Source: an uncultured virus (IMG/VR IMGVR_UViG_3300017963_000263) (lineage: Duplodnaviria; Heunggongvirae; Uroviricota; Caudoviricetes). From it: a stretch of DNA of 20,000 nt. The translations under genes were made by a program, and so were the position numbers. Under the pieces are notes generated by a model. The model was not told where the DNA came from, did no database searches, and saw only the letters and a list, made by a program, of their open reading frames with translations. Positions 1 through 7,760 of this stretch are shown one piece after another; position 1 is the stretch's first letter, and each line of letters begins with the position of its first letter. The stretch lies in the IMG/VR virus record IMGVR_UViG_3300017963_000263; one strand, written 5' to 3'.

Positions 1-331
1 TGCGGCGTTGGTCGGAAAGGTTCTGCGATACTTGCGTTACAGATCCGTGGTGTTTTCCGTCAATGGCATCCCCATTGTTCACCACGGCGAACGGCTCGCC
101 GCGCGTCACCTGCGGCACCCACACGCCCCAGAATGTCTCCCACCAGCCGTAGACTATTTTCTGAAGTCGAGACGGCCAGTAAGTGCCACCCCCGTCAAGT
201 GCCACAGGCCCCGGCGGACAGAGCCCAAACCGACAACCGCAGTGCTGGTCCGAGATGACGATGAGGTTGGATATCGGCGTCGGCTTCCGCTTCACCCGCC
301 CTGGTTTCTTCGCCGTTCGTTTTTTGGCCAT
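1..331 (-). CDS. Calcineurin-like metallophosphoesterase, N-terminal part (runs off window edge)
   Basis: Hand translation (not in ORF track): MAKKRTAKK...NLIVISDQHCG...VVNNGDAIDGKHH. It has the DxH and GDxxDG motifs, and its ATG overlaps the upstream TAA. Confidence 0.8.
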   Translation of the reverse strand, partial: MAKKRTAKKPGRVKRKPTPISNLIVISDQHCGCRFGLCPPGPVALDGGGTYWPSRLQKIVYGWWETFWGVWVPQVTRGEPFAVVNNGDAIDGKHHGSVTQVSQNLSDQRR

Positions 332-645
332 TACGCTTCCCCTTTCAGCCAGTGTAAATAGGCTTCAAACACCTTGCCCCTTGCCGCCTCGAACCACTCC
401 CCGTGATCGTCCACGTCCATGCCCCACGCCAGCGCGTGGGAGTATTCGTGCAGCAGCACCCCGAGGGCTGCATCTGTTTCGATATGCCGCTCCACGCGAA
501 TGTAGAACCGCTTGTCGCCTCACGTGCAGTCGCCCCGTGACTGGTCTCGCCGTGGCATCTTGGACAACCGTACCGACACTGGAAACACGGTAGGGACGTG
601 CTCCCGTAGGTGCCTGGCAAGGCTGTGTATGCGTCGTGCGTCCAT
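331..645 (-). pseudogene. Small HEXXH zinc metalloprotease-like (SprT/IrrE-like) gene interrupted by an in-frame TGA at 520-522
   Basis: Hand translation: MDARRIHSLARHLREHVPTVFPVSVRLSKMPRRDQSRGDCT*GDKRFYIRVERHIETDAALGVLLHEYSHALAWGMDVDDHGEWFEAARGKVFEAYLHWLKGEA. It fills the gap between its neighbours exactly. Confidence 0.7.
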
Positions 646-649
646 CACA

Positions 650-985
650 TCACCCCAGCTTGATCCTGTTCATTGCCGCGGCCTCCAGTTCACCGTACCC
701 GCATTCCGGGCAGGGTGTGTATTGTTTGCCGTCTGTCCACTCGTGCCGGCACAGTGGGCAGGCGTGGTGGTATCGGCCCGTGTGTCCTACCTCCCCCCGC
801 CAGCGACGATGACACCACAGCCGCGCAAGGCGCTCGGCAGGGGTTTCGTCGCTGTCGCTTTCTTCGAGGTGCACCCGGTCCAGGCGGCGGCATTTCTGGC
901 AAAACAGAAATGCCACAGAGCGCTTTTGGCCGCCGCACTTGGGGCAGATGCCGGGGGGCGTGGTCTTTATCGTGGCAAGCGACAT
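650..985 (-). CDS. Cys-rich zinc-ribbon protein
   Basis: Four CxxC pairs (CPKC, CQKC, CPLC, CPEC); AAGGAG SD upstream; start overlaps the upstream stop. Confidence 0.65.
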   Translation of the reverse strand: MSLATIKTTPPGICPKCGGQKRSVAFLFCQKCRRLDRVHLEESDSDETPAERLARLWCHRRWRGEVGHTGRYHHACPLCRHEWTDGKQYTPCPECGYGELEAAAMNRIKLG

Positions 986-1146
986 CACTTCTCCTTAACC
1001 CAAATGAACGGCCCGCTCTCCATCCGAATCATCCGCAAGCAGGCCGTGCAGACGTGATATATTTTGCCGTCCCCGCGGCGCTCGACTATGTGCGGAGCCA
1101 ACTCGCCGCAGAATTGACATGGGGGATAGCTGGTCAAGACTATCAT
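985..1146 (-). CDS. Small zinc-finger protein (53 aa)
   Basis: Hand translation MIVLTSYPPCQFCGELAPHIVERRGDGKIYHVCTACLRMIRMESGPFIWVKEK; overlaps the neighbouring genes at both ends. Confidence 0.6.
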   Translation of the reverse strand: MIVLTSYPPCQFCGELAPHIVERRGDGKIYHVCTACLRMIRMESGPFIWVKEK

Positions 1147-1415
1147 GTCACCACCTTGTGGACCAACTCATTCGCAATAACAATCGAGAAGAAGAACACT
1201 GCCAGCACGGTAATCGTGAGGACGTAAATGGCGATCTCTATCCGTCCCAGTTTTCTCAGGACGTCCTCGGGCGTCGGCTCACTATCAGCCTGTTTCCCGG
1301 CCCACGCCATCGCCTCAGCTTGATGCGGAAACGTCTCCACAAGCGTGCCGTCTATGGTATAGACGCCCCAGCCCTTTCCGTAGGTGAGGCGGCGAATTCT
1401 GTAGTCAGCCATCAT
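1143..1415 (-). CDS. Small membrane-anchored hypothetical protein
   Basis: AAGGAG SD; C-terminal hydrophobic helix IAIYVLTITVLAVFFFSIVIA. Confidence 0.7.
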   Translation of the reverse strand: MMADYRIRRLTYGKGWGVYTIDGTLVETFPHQAEAMAWAGKQADSEPTPEDVLRKLGRIEIAIYVLTITVLAVFFFSIVIANELVHKVVT

Positions 1416-1456
1416 TTCTCCTTTCGTCCCCAGCCAGGCCCGGCGGGGTTAGGGGG

Positions 1457-2182
1457 TTAGGCATCGTCTTCTCCAAACGGCAGCACGCCCTGACGGAGGC
1501 GCTCTACGGCTATGTCGCAGTACGCTTTTTCAGCTTCAATCAGCACACATCGCGTATTCATGTCCTGGCACGCCTCGCCCGTTGTTCCACTCCCGGCGAA
1601 GGGGTCCACAATCAGATCCGTTTGCTCTGACCACCACTTCACCAGCCAGCAAACGTGTTGGGGCTTTCTTGGGCACGGATGCGACGACTTGTAGCCGTTC
1701 CTTGCTGTCGGCAGGCACCGCCCCGGAATGACACGGCGGCCGGGAGCGGAGGGTGGCGGCTCGCCGTACAAGTACGCCACATCCGACGTATACAGGAGCC
1801 GTCCCTTGTAATGCGGTGGAACATACTCCAGCCAGCAGACGCGAAAGAACGCAAGGCGAGGCGGAACACACGACATCAACATGGGGTCTGTGTCACACCC
1901 CATCTGGACCGCTAGTCGCTTCACCGACCCAGGCAGTGCTTTACACATCTCGCCGAACAACTCAAATGGGCGGTCGCTACCAAGTAGCGGCACACTGGCG
2001 TTGGGCCATACGGGATCTGTCACGATGGTATCCGGCTCCAACAGCGGCAGGACCTCCCTACAGTCGGCATGGTACAGAGTAATCCCGTCCTTGCACTTGC
2101 ACGGCTGCGACTTGCAGCGGTAGCAGGGGGGAAGCGTTGAGAGCTTCGCCCGGCGTTCAGGATCGGGGGTGGGGTTAGTCAT
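1457..2182 (-). CDS. Beta-class N6A/N4C DNA methyltransferase (variant catalytic motif DPVW)
   Basis: LYHADC, TDPVW, HPCPRKP, DPFAGSGTT and LIEAEKAYCDIA motifs; motif IV precedes motif I; start MTNPTPD via ATGA overlap. Confidence 0.85.
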   Translation of the reverse strand: MTNPTPDPERRAKLSTLPPCYRCKSQPCKCKDGITLYHADCREVLPLLEPDTIVTDPVWPNASVPLLGSDRPFELFGEMCKALPGSVKRLAVQMGCDTDPMLMSCVPPRLAFFRVCWLEYVPPHYKGRLLYTSDVAYLYGEPPPSAPGRRVIPGRCLPTARNGYKSSHPCPRKPQHVCWLVKWWSEQTDLIVDPFAGSGTTGEACQDMNTRCVLIEAEKAYCDIAVERLRQGVLPFGEDDA

Positions 2183-2572
2183 TCGTCTTCTCCAAACGGC
2201 AACACGCCCTTCGCCTGCCGTTTCGCAATATCGTAGGGGTCCAGCCCGTACAGCCGTGCGGCTTTTGCGAGGAGCGAAAACGTAGGAAAGTTGCGTCCTC
2301 GCTCGACGTTGCACAAGTGGACGTTCGACACGCCCAGGCGTTCCGCCGCATGTGTTTGCGTCAGTTCAGCCATTACCCGTGAGATCCTGAATCCACGCCC
2401 AAGTGCTGTCCGCAATTCCTCGCAGGACAGCGAAGCAAGATCACGCGGACTGTCGCGGTCGTCTTTGGGTATCGTCATTGTTTCACCGCCCGGCGCTCAG
2501 TATCGGGGGTTGGTTGGTCAGTCATCGTCTTCTCCAAACGGCAGCACGCCCTGACGTAGGCGCTCTACGGCT
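1462..2572. repeat. Three copies of a gene-end repeat encoding GVLPFGED (1462-1511, 2183-2210, 2523-2572)
   Basis: 1462-1511 and 2523-2572 match at 49/50 nt; 2183-2210 matches their core at 27/28 nt. Confidence 0.95.
2179..2478 (-). CDS. XRE-family HTH transcriptional regulator
   Basis: LTQTHAAERLGVSNVHLCNVERGRNFPTFSLLAKAARLYG is a classic HTH_3 pattern. Confidence 0.88.
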   Translation of the reverse strand: MTIPKDDRDSPRDLASLSCEELRTALGRGFRISRVMAELTQTHAAERLGVSNVHLCNVERGRNFPTFSLLAKAARLYGLDPYDIAKRQAKGVLPFGEDE

Positions 2573-3378
2573 GTCTGGCAGTATTTCTCTTCGATCTCGA
2601 TGCCAATGCAGCGGCGGCCTAAGTCCTTGGCGGCGCGGAGGGTTGTGCCGGAACCCATGAAGGGGTCGATGCAAAGCCCGTCCGGCGGTACCATTGCGGC
2701 AATATGTTTTCGGATAATCCCGAGCGGCTTTTGTGTTGGGTGGTCGCACTTTCCGGGTTGACCATATCGGTAACTGTCAGCAACCCAGACGTTGCGGCGT
2801 TTAGTATTTTCATCACAAAACCAGGGGGACTTGCGGTATCCGTAATAAGCAAGCTCAAAGGCTGATGGCCACCAATTGCCGGGGCATGCCGGCGGCGGGC
2901 ACGCCTTGACCCATGCTGCCGGTTTCACAACAAAGCCCGCCCGCCTTGCTGGTTCTGCGTATCGTTCAGCCGAGTCGAAGCCAACCCACACAAAGCAGGA
3001 CGCCGTCGGCCTGCATAGTCTGAACGCCGAAGTCAAGCCGCTTCGCACGTCATCAACGATGACTTGTGTATCCCACTCGAATTGCAGCCTACGGTTCCCG
3101 TCCAGGCGGTTCTGTGAACCAAACTGGTTGACAATCCCATACGGCGGATCGGCATACACCACATCCACACTCCCCTCCTCCAGCAGAGGCAGGATGTCCC
3201 GGCAGTCGGCGTGGTATATCGTGCAGCCGTCCTTGCAAACGCACGGCTGCGAACGGCAGCGGTAGCAGGGGGGGAGGGTTGAGAGCCCCGGCGTTACCCC
3301 CTTTCCGGGGTCTTGCTCGGTCAGGGGGCTTAACGGGGAGTCACCACCCGCCGCCGGGGTATTCGGTCGAGTGTTCAT
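2518..3378 (-). CDS. Beta-class N6A/N4C DNA methyltransferase
   Basis: IYHADC, ADPPY, HPTQKP, DPFMGSGTT and GIEIEEKYC motifs. Confidence 0.92.
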   Translation of the reverse strand: MNTRPNTPAAGGDSPLSPLTEQDPGKGVTPGLSTLPPCYRCRSQPCVCKDGCTIYHADCRDILPLLEEGSVDVVYADPPYGIVNQFGSQNRLDGNRRLQFEWDTQVIVDDVRSGLTSAFRLCRPTASCFVWVGFDSAERYAEPARRAGFVVKPAAWVKACPPPACPGNWWPSAFELAYYGYRKSPWFCDENTKRRNVWVADSYRYGQPGKCDHPTQKPLGIIRKHIAAMVPPDGLCIDPFMGSGTTLRAAKDLGRRCIGIEIEEKYCQTAVERLRQGVLPFGEDDD

Positions 3379-4052
3379 CGGTTCACGGAAGTGCTTGCAC
3401 TATTCGGCCAGTTTGGTACAATGAGGGCAGTCGGGAGCCTTCCCGGCGGAGTCACGTTCTTGGAATTGGGGTCTTGAGCCGTGGTTCTACCCACCACAGA
3501 ACTCGGTATACAAAACGTGCGGTGTTCAACTCCACCGCAGAGTCGCCGTAGCCTAAAGGCTGTTCCCCCGCCTAAACGCGGTTCTTTCCCGGGCAACGGG
3601 CACAGGTTGTGTGTGTCACCCCCGACGCCCCGGTCCACTTGGCCCAGTAATGGAACGGCTGTCACTACGGCGCAGCGGCTCGCCACCGCTGCCACGGCTT
3701 CTCGAAACGCAGTCGCGCTGACAGAGCAGCGGCGCGTCTGAACTCCAAGGGCTACCGGATAGCGCTCTATATGCCAACCCGCTGGGGTTGGGCCGAGGGA
3801 TGGGGGTGTGGACTGAGAAGGAAGGTGGTGCCCCCCGAACACCCACAGCCCGAACAGAAACCCCAGCCCCACCCCACATAGCACCAGCCCGACAATGCAC
3901 AAGGTCTCCGCCCGCGTCCACGGTGTCTCTCGGTTCTCCATCGCGTCAAGCCAGTCCTCGGCCCGCCACTTCTCTCTGAACCACACTGCCGGCTCGCCGT
4001 CGCAGTCAATACGCCAGAGGCCGCCTTCGCGGTCGATCGTGTATTTGCTCAT
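3375..4052 (-). CDS. Membrane protein whose C-terminal extension overlaps a structured antisense region
   Basis: Start MSKYTIDREGG via ATGA overlap; TM segment LCIVGLVLCGVGLGFLFGLWVF. The ~150-aa tail does not look globular but ends in an ATGA overlap with the methylase. Confidence 0.55.
   Translation of the reverse strand: MSKYTIDREGGLWRIDCDGEPAVWFREKWRAEDWLDAMENRETPWTRAETLCIVGLVLCGVGLGFLFGLWVFGGHHLPSQSTPPSLGPTPAGWHIERYPVALGVQTRRCSVSATAFREAVAAVASRCAVVTAVPLLGQVDRGVGGDTHNLCPLPGKEPRLGGGTAFRLRRLCGGVEHRTFCIPSSVVGRTTAQDPNSKNVTPPGRLPTALIVPNWPNSASTSVNR
3395..3422 (+). promoter_or_regulatory. Sigma70-type promoter, antisense to the operon
   Basis: TTGCAC (3395-3400), 16-nt spacer, TACAAT (3417-3422) with extended TGn. 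Confidence 0.55.
3429..3800 (+). ncRNA. Candidate structured ncRNA (3' end uncertain)
   Basis: Follows the promoter; dense run of hairpins, e.g. GCGGTG/CACCGC, AGCC/GGCT, CCGC/GCGG, CCCG/CGGG, GCAGCGG/CCGCTGC, CGCGC/GCGCG, CCAACCC/GGGTTGG. Confidence 0.4.
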
Positions 4053-4258
4053 GGGTACGTCACTCCGCATCGCTCGAACACCGCCCCGAATCGCTCCCTC
4101 ACCAAGGCGTCGTACCAGCCGGTCAGCCAGCCGGTGCGCTGATTGTCGCCGATCGGATATGGGCACTCGTGTTGTGTCTGCCCGTCTGCGTGGGCCTGTT
4201 GCCCCTCCTGGCATTGAGGGGTGTCGCGGGGCACGTCAATAATTTCAGGTTCGCTCAT
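4049..4258 (-). CDS. Ribosome modulation factor (Rmf/CrpP fold)-like protein
   Basis: EGQQAHADGQTQHECPY...RTGWLTGWYDA fits the RMF pattern GxxAxxxG...CPY...WxxGW; ATGA overlaps at both ends. Confidence 0.7.
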   Translation of the reverse strand: MSEPEIIDVPRDTPQCQEGQQAHADGQTQHECPYPIGDNQRTGWLTGWYDALVRERFGAVFERCGVTYP

Positions 4259-4743
4259 CGGTTCGGCTCCTTTGTTCGTAGCACGTCCGGCGCGCCGTCG
4301 CCGGACTGCACCCACTTCCGCAGCTCGTCCAACGCCCATTCACGCTCGGAGTGATCGATCGCCAAAAATTCATCCCAACACCAATCACGACTGATTAACA
4401 CGAGCCCGGCGAGGGACCGCTTGGCGACGACGTTGCCAGCGGCGCGGCGGAGGATCTCAGCGATTAGGTCGTGAGATTGCCAGTTTAGTCGTGCTCCTTC
4501 GAGCGAGGCTCCGTTGAGCAAGGCTCTGTTGAGCCAGGCTCTGTTGAGCCAGGCTCCTTCGAGCGAGACTCCGTTGAGCGAGGCTCCGTTGAGCAAGGCT
4601 CTGTTGAGCAAGGCTCCTTCGAGCGAGGCTCCGTCGAGCGAGGCTCCGTCGTTGACGGCCTGCCGCAACGCCTCGGCTAACGAGTCGGCCTCGCACTCGT
4701 ACAGCGTTCGGCCGCCGAATCGGTTTTTGATCGTCTGTTTCAT
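4255..4743 (-). CDS. Pentapeptide repeat protein
   Basis: MKQTIKNRFGGRTLYECEADSL N-terminus followed by about 11 A(S/L/W)L(D/E/N)(G/R) repeats. Confidence 0.92.
   Translation of the reverse strand: MKQTIKNRFGGRTLYECEADSLAEALRQAVNDGASLDGASLEGALLNRALLNGASLNGVSLEGAWLNRAWLNRALLNGASLEGARLNWQSHDLIAEILRRAAGNVVAKRSLAGLVLISRDWCWDEFLAIDHSEREWALDELRKWVQSGDGAPDVLRTKEPNR
4491..4650. repeat. 15-bp tandem repeat coding for the pentapeptides
   Basis: Degenerate units like gagcgaggctccgtt, about 10-11 copies. Confidence 0.9.
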
Positions 4744-4759
4744 TTTCTCCTCCGCGTCG

Positions 4760-5191
4760 TCAGTCCGTCACCAATCCCCGCCAATTCTCCGGCGGCTCCC
4801 ATTCCCAAATTCCCTGCTGCCCCCTCGCCGGGATCGGCTCCCTGAACCGCCGCACGTTGTCCAGGATGAGCCCATACAGCCCGTCGGCCGGGCACAGTGC
4901 GGCCTTCGCATCGGCGTCTGTGAGGCGTCTATGGGCTATGACATCCGCGAGGCAGACGATCACGCCCGAATAGGCGATCGCGTGGTCGAGCGCCTCATTC
5001 ATTCGCGCAGAAGGCACCTGGAATTGCCGCTCGATGTAACTGAAGGGAACGAACACACGCTTTTGTCCCCCATGAATCGCCACCGTCTCGCCCACCAGCC
5101 CACGGAAGCGGTCATGCCGCCGCGTCTCGATCGACTTGAGGCCGAATGCCACGAAGGATGACCACGGCCGGTGGAGGGTAATAGATTTCAT
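4760..5191 (-). CDS. ASCH domain protein
   Basis: MKSITLHRPWSSFVAFGLKSIETR...VAIHGG...PIPARGQQGIWEW has the GxKxxExR motif and the typical C-terminus. Confidence 0.9.
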   Translation of the reverse strand: MKSITLHRPWSSFVAFGLKSIETRRHDRFRGLVGETVAIHGGQKRVFVPFSYIERQFQVPSARMNEALDHAIAYSGVIVCLADVIAHRRLTDADAKAALCPADGLYGLILDNVRRFREPIPARGQQGIWEWEPPENWRGLVTD

Positions 5192-5562
5192 TACTTCTCC
5201 TCCTGCGCCGCTTCCACGGCTTCTCGGGTGCTCGCAACACGGAACACTGGGAGCCACACACGCACACCGTTGTGCGTTTCGCAGAGCACGTCACGGTAGC
5301 CGACAGCCGCAACCACCAGTTTGCACGCGGACACGAGCTGCATTACCGCCTCTCCGCTCGTGCAGCGTGTGGCCGGGAAATTGAACACCTCACTACCAGG
5401 CAACAATGGCCCGTCCTGCACCAACTCCCCGGCAGCGTTCAACCGCCAGCACTTGGGCAGCTTAGCCTTGAGGGCTTCGAGTTCGCACATTGGGCATGGT
5501 GATTGCATCGCCGGGTCGGAGACATCCAACCACTTTGTTCCGCACCTATCGCATTTGACCAC
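5191..5562 (-). CDS. Hypothetical phage protein with N-terminal zinc ribbon
   Basis: CDRC...CPMC; C-terminal STREAVEAA; GGAG SD with GTG start. Confidence 0.7.
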   Translation of the reverse strand: MVKCDRCGTKWLDVSDPAMQSPCPMCELEALKAKLPKCWRLNAAGELVQDGPLLPGSEVFNFPATRCTSGEAVMQLVSACKLVVAAVGYRDVLCETHNGVRVWLPVFRVASTREAVEAAQEEK

Positions 5563-5893
5563 CTCGCTCCTCCTTCGCTGCTTCAGCGGCTGTCAGCGCC
5601 CCATCAATTTCTGCCACGATCCCGCCCTCTGAGTTCGCGGCATACTTGAGCCAGTCGCGGATACGGGAGAGTTTTTCACGCAGCCGCTCCACCTCGTCCT
5701 GCACTATGCCGGGAGCAACCACCTCGGTGGCCTGCTGGATATCATCGAGCTCGGCACGCAGCCGCTCCACCTCATCCTGCAACCGCCGAAATTCCGCGTG
5801 AGCACACTGCCGGCAGATCCAGCCGTCGATGTCCAAACCGATCATCGGCTTGGTTTGCTCACTCCACCTATCGCACTTCTTGCATCGGACCAT
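5546..5893 (-). CDS. Zinc-finger/coiled-coil phage protein (Ead/Ea22-like architecture)
   Basis: MVRCKKC...CRQC; QDEVERLR occurs twice; GAGGAG SD. Confidence 0.65.
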   Translation of the reverse strand: MVRCKKCDRWSEQTKPMIGLDIDGWICRQCAHAEFRRLQDEVERLRAELDDIQQATEVVAPGIVQDEVERLREKLSRIRDWLKYAANSEGGIVAEIDGALTAAEAAKEERGGQMR

Positions 5894-5894
5894 C

Positions 5895-6338
5895 TCACTC
5901 CTCCTTTCCCTTGATCGCCGCCGCGATCGCTCGACTGGTGGCGAGGGCTTCGGCTTTGGCTCGGATCTCCTCGTCTGTGTCGCCAGTGACTTCGCGGAAC
6001 ATACATTCCCCGCTGTAGCCGCCGCGAATAACACACTGGATGCCTACCAGGCGCTCGCCTTCGGCCAGGGTATCCAGTAACCATTCGCCCGCCTTCCGTC
6101 TCGCCTCGCCAGCGTGAGCGGCAGTGGTGGAGGGGGACCAGTACCGCACACTGATCCAATCGCGTGTTCCCTCGCCTCTTTTCCACGCACCGCATCTTGG
6201 ATATTCACGCTTAGGGCCACCACCTATCTGAATCTCATAAGGCGGCAACCATTCCCACCCCATCCACTCCGTCGCTATCCACGCATCCAGTTCCGGGCTA
6301 GCTTGCAATTCGGTGGGGTCGATGTCTTGTGGGTTCAT
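5895..6338 (-). CDS. Phage ABA-sandwich/BC1872-like protein
   Basis: ELDAWIATEWMGW...WSPSTTAAHA...ALATSRAIAAA pattern. Confidence 0.7.
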   Translation of the reverse strand: MNPQDIDPTELQASPELDAWIATEWMGWEWLPPYEIQIGGGPKREYPRCGAWKRGEGTRDWISVRYWSPSTTAAHAGEARRKAGEWLLDTLAEGERLVGIQCVIRGGYSGECMFREVTGDTDEEIRAKAEALATSRAIAAAIKGKEE

Positions 6339-6352
6339 GGCCTGGGTCCTGT

Positions 6353-6493
6353 TCAAAAGCACTCTTCACAGACTGGCTCGTCGGCTTCGTCTTCCGGCTG
6401 TGCCGCCTGACACTCCAGGCAGACGAATCGCCCACACCGGCAGCAGCCGACGAAATCCTCGGTTTCCTTGCCGCATCGTTCGCACTTCATCAT
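6353..6493 (-). CDS. Small Cys-rich protein (46 aa)
   Basis: Hand translation MMKCERCGKETEDFVGCCRCGRFVCLECQAAQPEDEADEPVCEECF; GGAGG SD. Confidence 0.7.
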   Translation of the reverse strand: MMKCERCGKETEDFVGCCRCGRFVCLECQAAQPEDEADEPVCEECF

Positions 6494-6506
6494 GCCAACC
6501 TCCCGA

Positions 6507-6692
6507 CTATTCCTCTATGGGGACGCATTTGACTCTCTTCCCATTGCTGGACGGACACACACCTCCTGTGCAGTTGGGGCCTTGCGGATGTGGCTTCCAG
6601 TGTTGGTGCCAGCATTCCCGGTCACATGCCCCTGCGTGGTCGCAGACATAGAGTTGCTCGGGTTCGGCGGGGTCGACGTCTTGTGGGTCCAT
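6507..6692 (-). CDS. Small Cys/His-rich protein
   Basis: GGAGG SD; CDH-x2-C-x3-C-xH pattern; N-terminus duplicates that of 5895-6338. Confidence 0.65.
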   Translation of the reverse strand: MDPQDVDPAEPEQLYVCDHAGACDRECWHQHWKPHPQGPNCTGGVCPSSNGKRVKCVPIEE

Positions 6693-6695
6693 TAT

Positions 6696-7376
6696 TCAAC
6701 CTCCCTTGATTCGCAAGAACCACGCCCACGGATTGGCTTCCCATTTCTGTCTGGGCGTTTTGGCGAGGCGGGTGTCCCAGAACGCCGCGAAGCGTTCCCG
6801 GAATTGCTGGTCGCCGGAATCACACACGGCTGTTGGCCCGGCACCAAAGCCGTCCTCTTCGCCGTCACGAATGCCCACCCGCTCGATGTCGTCGATCGTG
6901 ATACTCTGCACCTGCCGTACTTCGACGGAGGTGAGGAGACGGCGGATGCGGGAGGCCCGCTTGGGCATGTTGGAAGGGGGACGCCACTTCTTGGCACTCG
7001 TCTTGATGGTGGTTCCAGGCTTTAGGCGTGACTCAACTTCCAAGTGCCCTTGCGGGTTGTCGGCCCGGTACACCACCGAATGTGTTTCCGCCTGCATCTT
7101 CTTACTGCCACACCCACACCAATAGCCGTCCCACAACGGGCAATAGTCTTGCCACGGCTCCCGCCCCCACAGCACCGTGCCTGGGGAGCCGTAGGGACAT
7201 GGCCAATCGTGCGTCTCGGCCGGAAAGTCTCGACAAAACCCGCGGCAGTCCGACATGCCCATCTCTCGCGTGTCGGGTGGCGGCTGCTTCTTCAACGGCC
7301 TCACCACCAGCGTCAACCGGCCGTCAAGAGCGGCGAGGACTTCGGCGGGCGTGAGAATTATTGGGCGGGTTTTCAT
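6696..7376 (-). CDS. Phage ASCH/PUA-like protein (MKxRPI...CPYG...WxANPW family)
   Basis: MKTRPIIL...CPYGSPGTVLWGRE...WRPPSNMPKRASRI...WEANPW; N-terminal motif is degenerate. Confidence 0.75.
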   Translation of the reverse strand: MKTRPIILTPAEVLAALDGRLTLVVRPLKKQPPPDTREMGMSDCRGFCRDFPAETHDWPCPYGSPGTVLWGREPWQDYCPLWDGYWCGCGSKKMQAETHSVVYRADNPQGHLEVESRLKPGTTIKTSAKKWRPPSNMPKRASRIRRLLTSVEVRQVQSITIDDIERVGIRDGEEDGFGAGPTAVCDSGDQQFRERFAAFWDTRLAKTPRQKWEANPWAWFLRIKGG

Positions 7377-7402
7377 TTGCTCGGCTCCTTTCGCCGTTGT
7401 GC

Positions 7403-7738
7403 TTAGTCGCAAGCCTTCAGCAGCTCCGCGATTCGCGTCTCCCGGCTCCGCTTCTCCGACCCGTACGCAAACGCCGCCATCGACTCCCAGAGCGTTTGGT
7501 TTCCGAAGCCGGTCAGCCCGAAACTCGATAGCTCCTGGTCGTTTTCCTCGAACGACACCGAATACACCACGAGCACGTCCCGAATGCGGTGCTTGACTCG
7601 CAACTCGGCCAAATCGTCGTAAAACGCTTTCGCCGCCGCCTCGGCATCGGCTCGCGTGGAATGCGGCTCGGACGCCTGCCGGTATCGTTTCAGGTCGGGC
7701 TCGAATCCGCCGGGAAGCGATTGTTGTTGGTCGGCCAT
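7403..7738 (-). CDS. Hypothetical protein
   Basis: GGAGG SD; fills the gap in the operon; natural amino-acid composition. Confidence 0.7.
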   Translation of the reverse strand: MADQQQSLPGGFEPDLKRYRQASEPHSTRADAEAAAKAFYDDLAELRVKHRIRDVLVVYSVSFEENDQELSSFGLTGFGNQTLWESMAAFAYGSEKRSRETRIAELLKACD

Positions 7739-7760
7739 TACTCAACCTCCTGTCCTGTTT

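Noticed and set aside
345..620. 91-aa minus-strand ORF from the track
   Set aside because: Another frame carries the HEXXH motif and couples properly to the neighbouring gene.
3429..3800. Group I/II intron, RNase P RNA or tmRNA
   Set aside because: No domain V, P7/S, GAGGAAAGUCC or tRNA-Ala-like ends could be recognised.
4491..4650. Tandem repeat as a CRISPR array
   Set aside because: The 15-bp units are contiguous, have no spacers, and encode the pentapeptide repeats.
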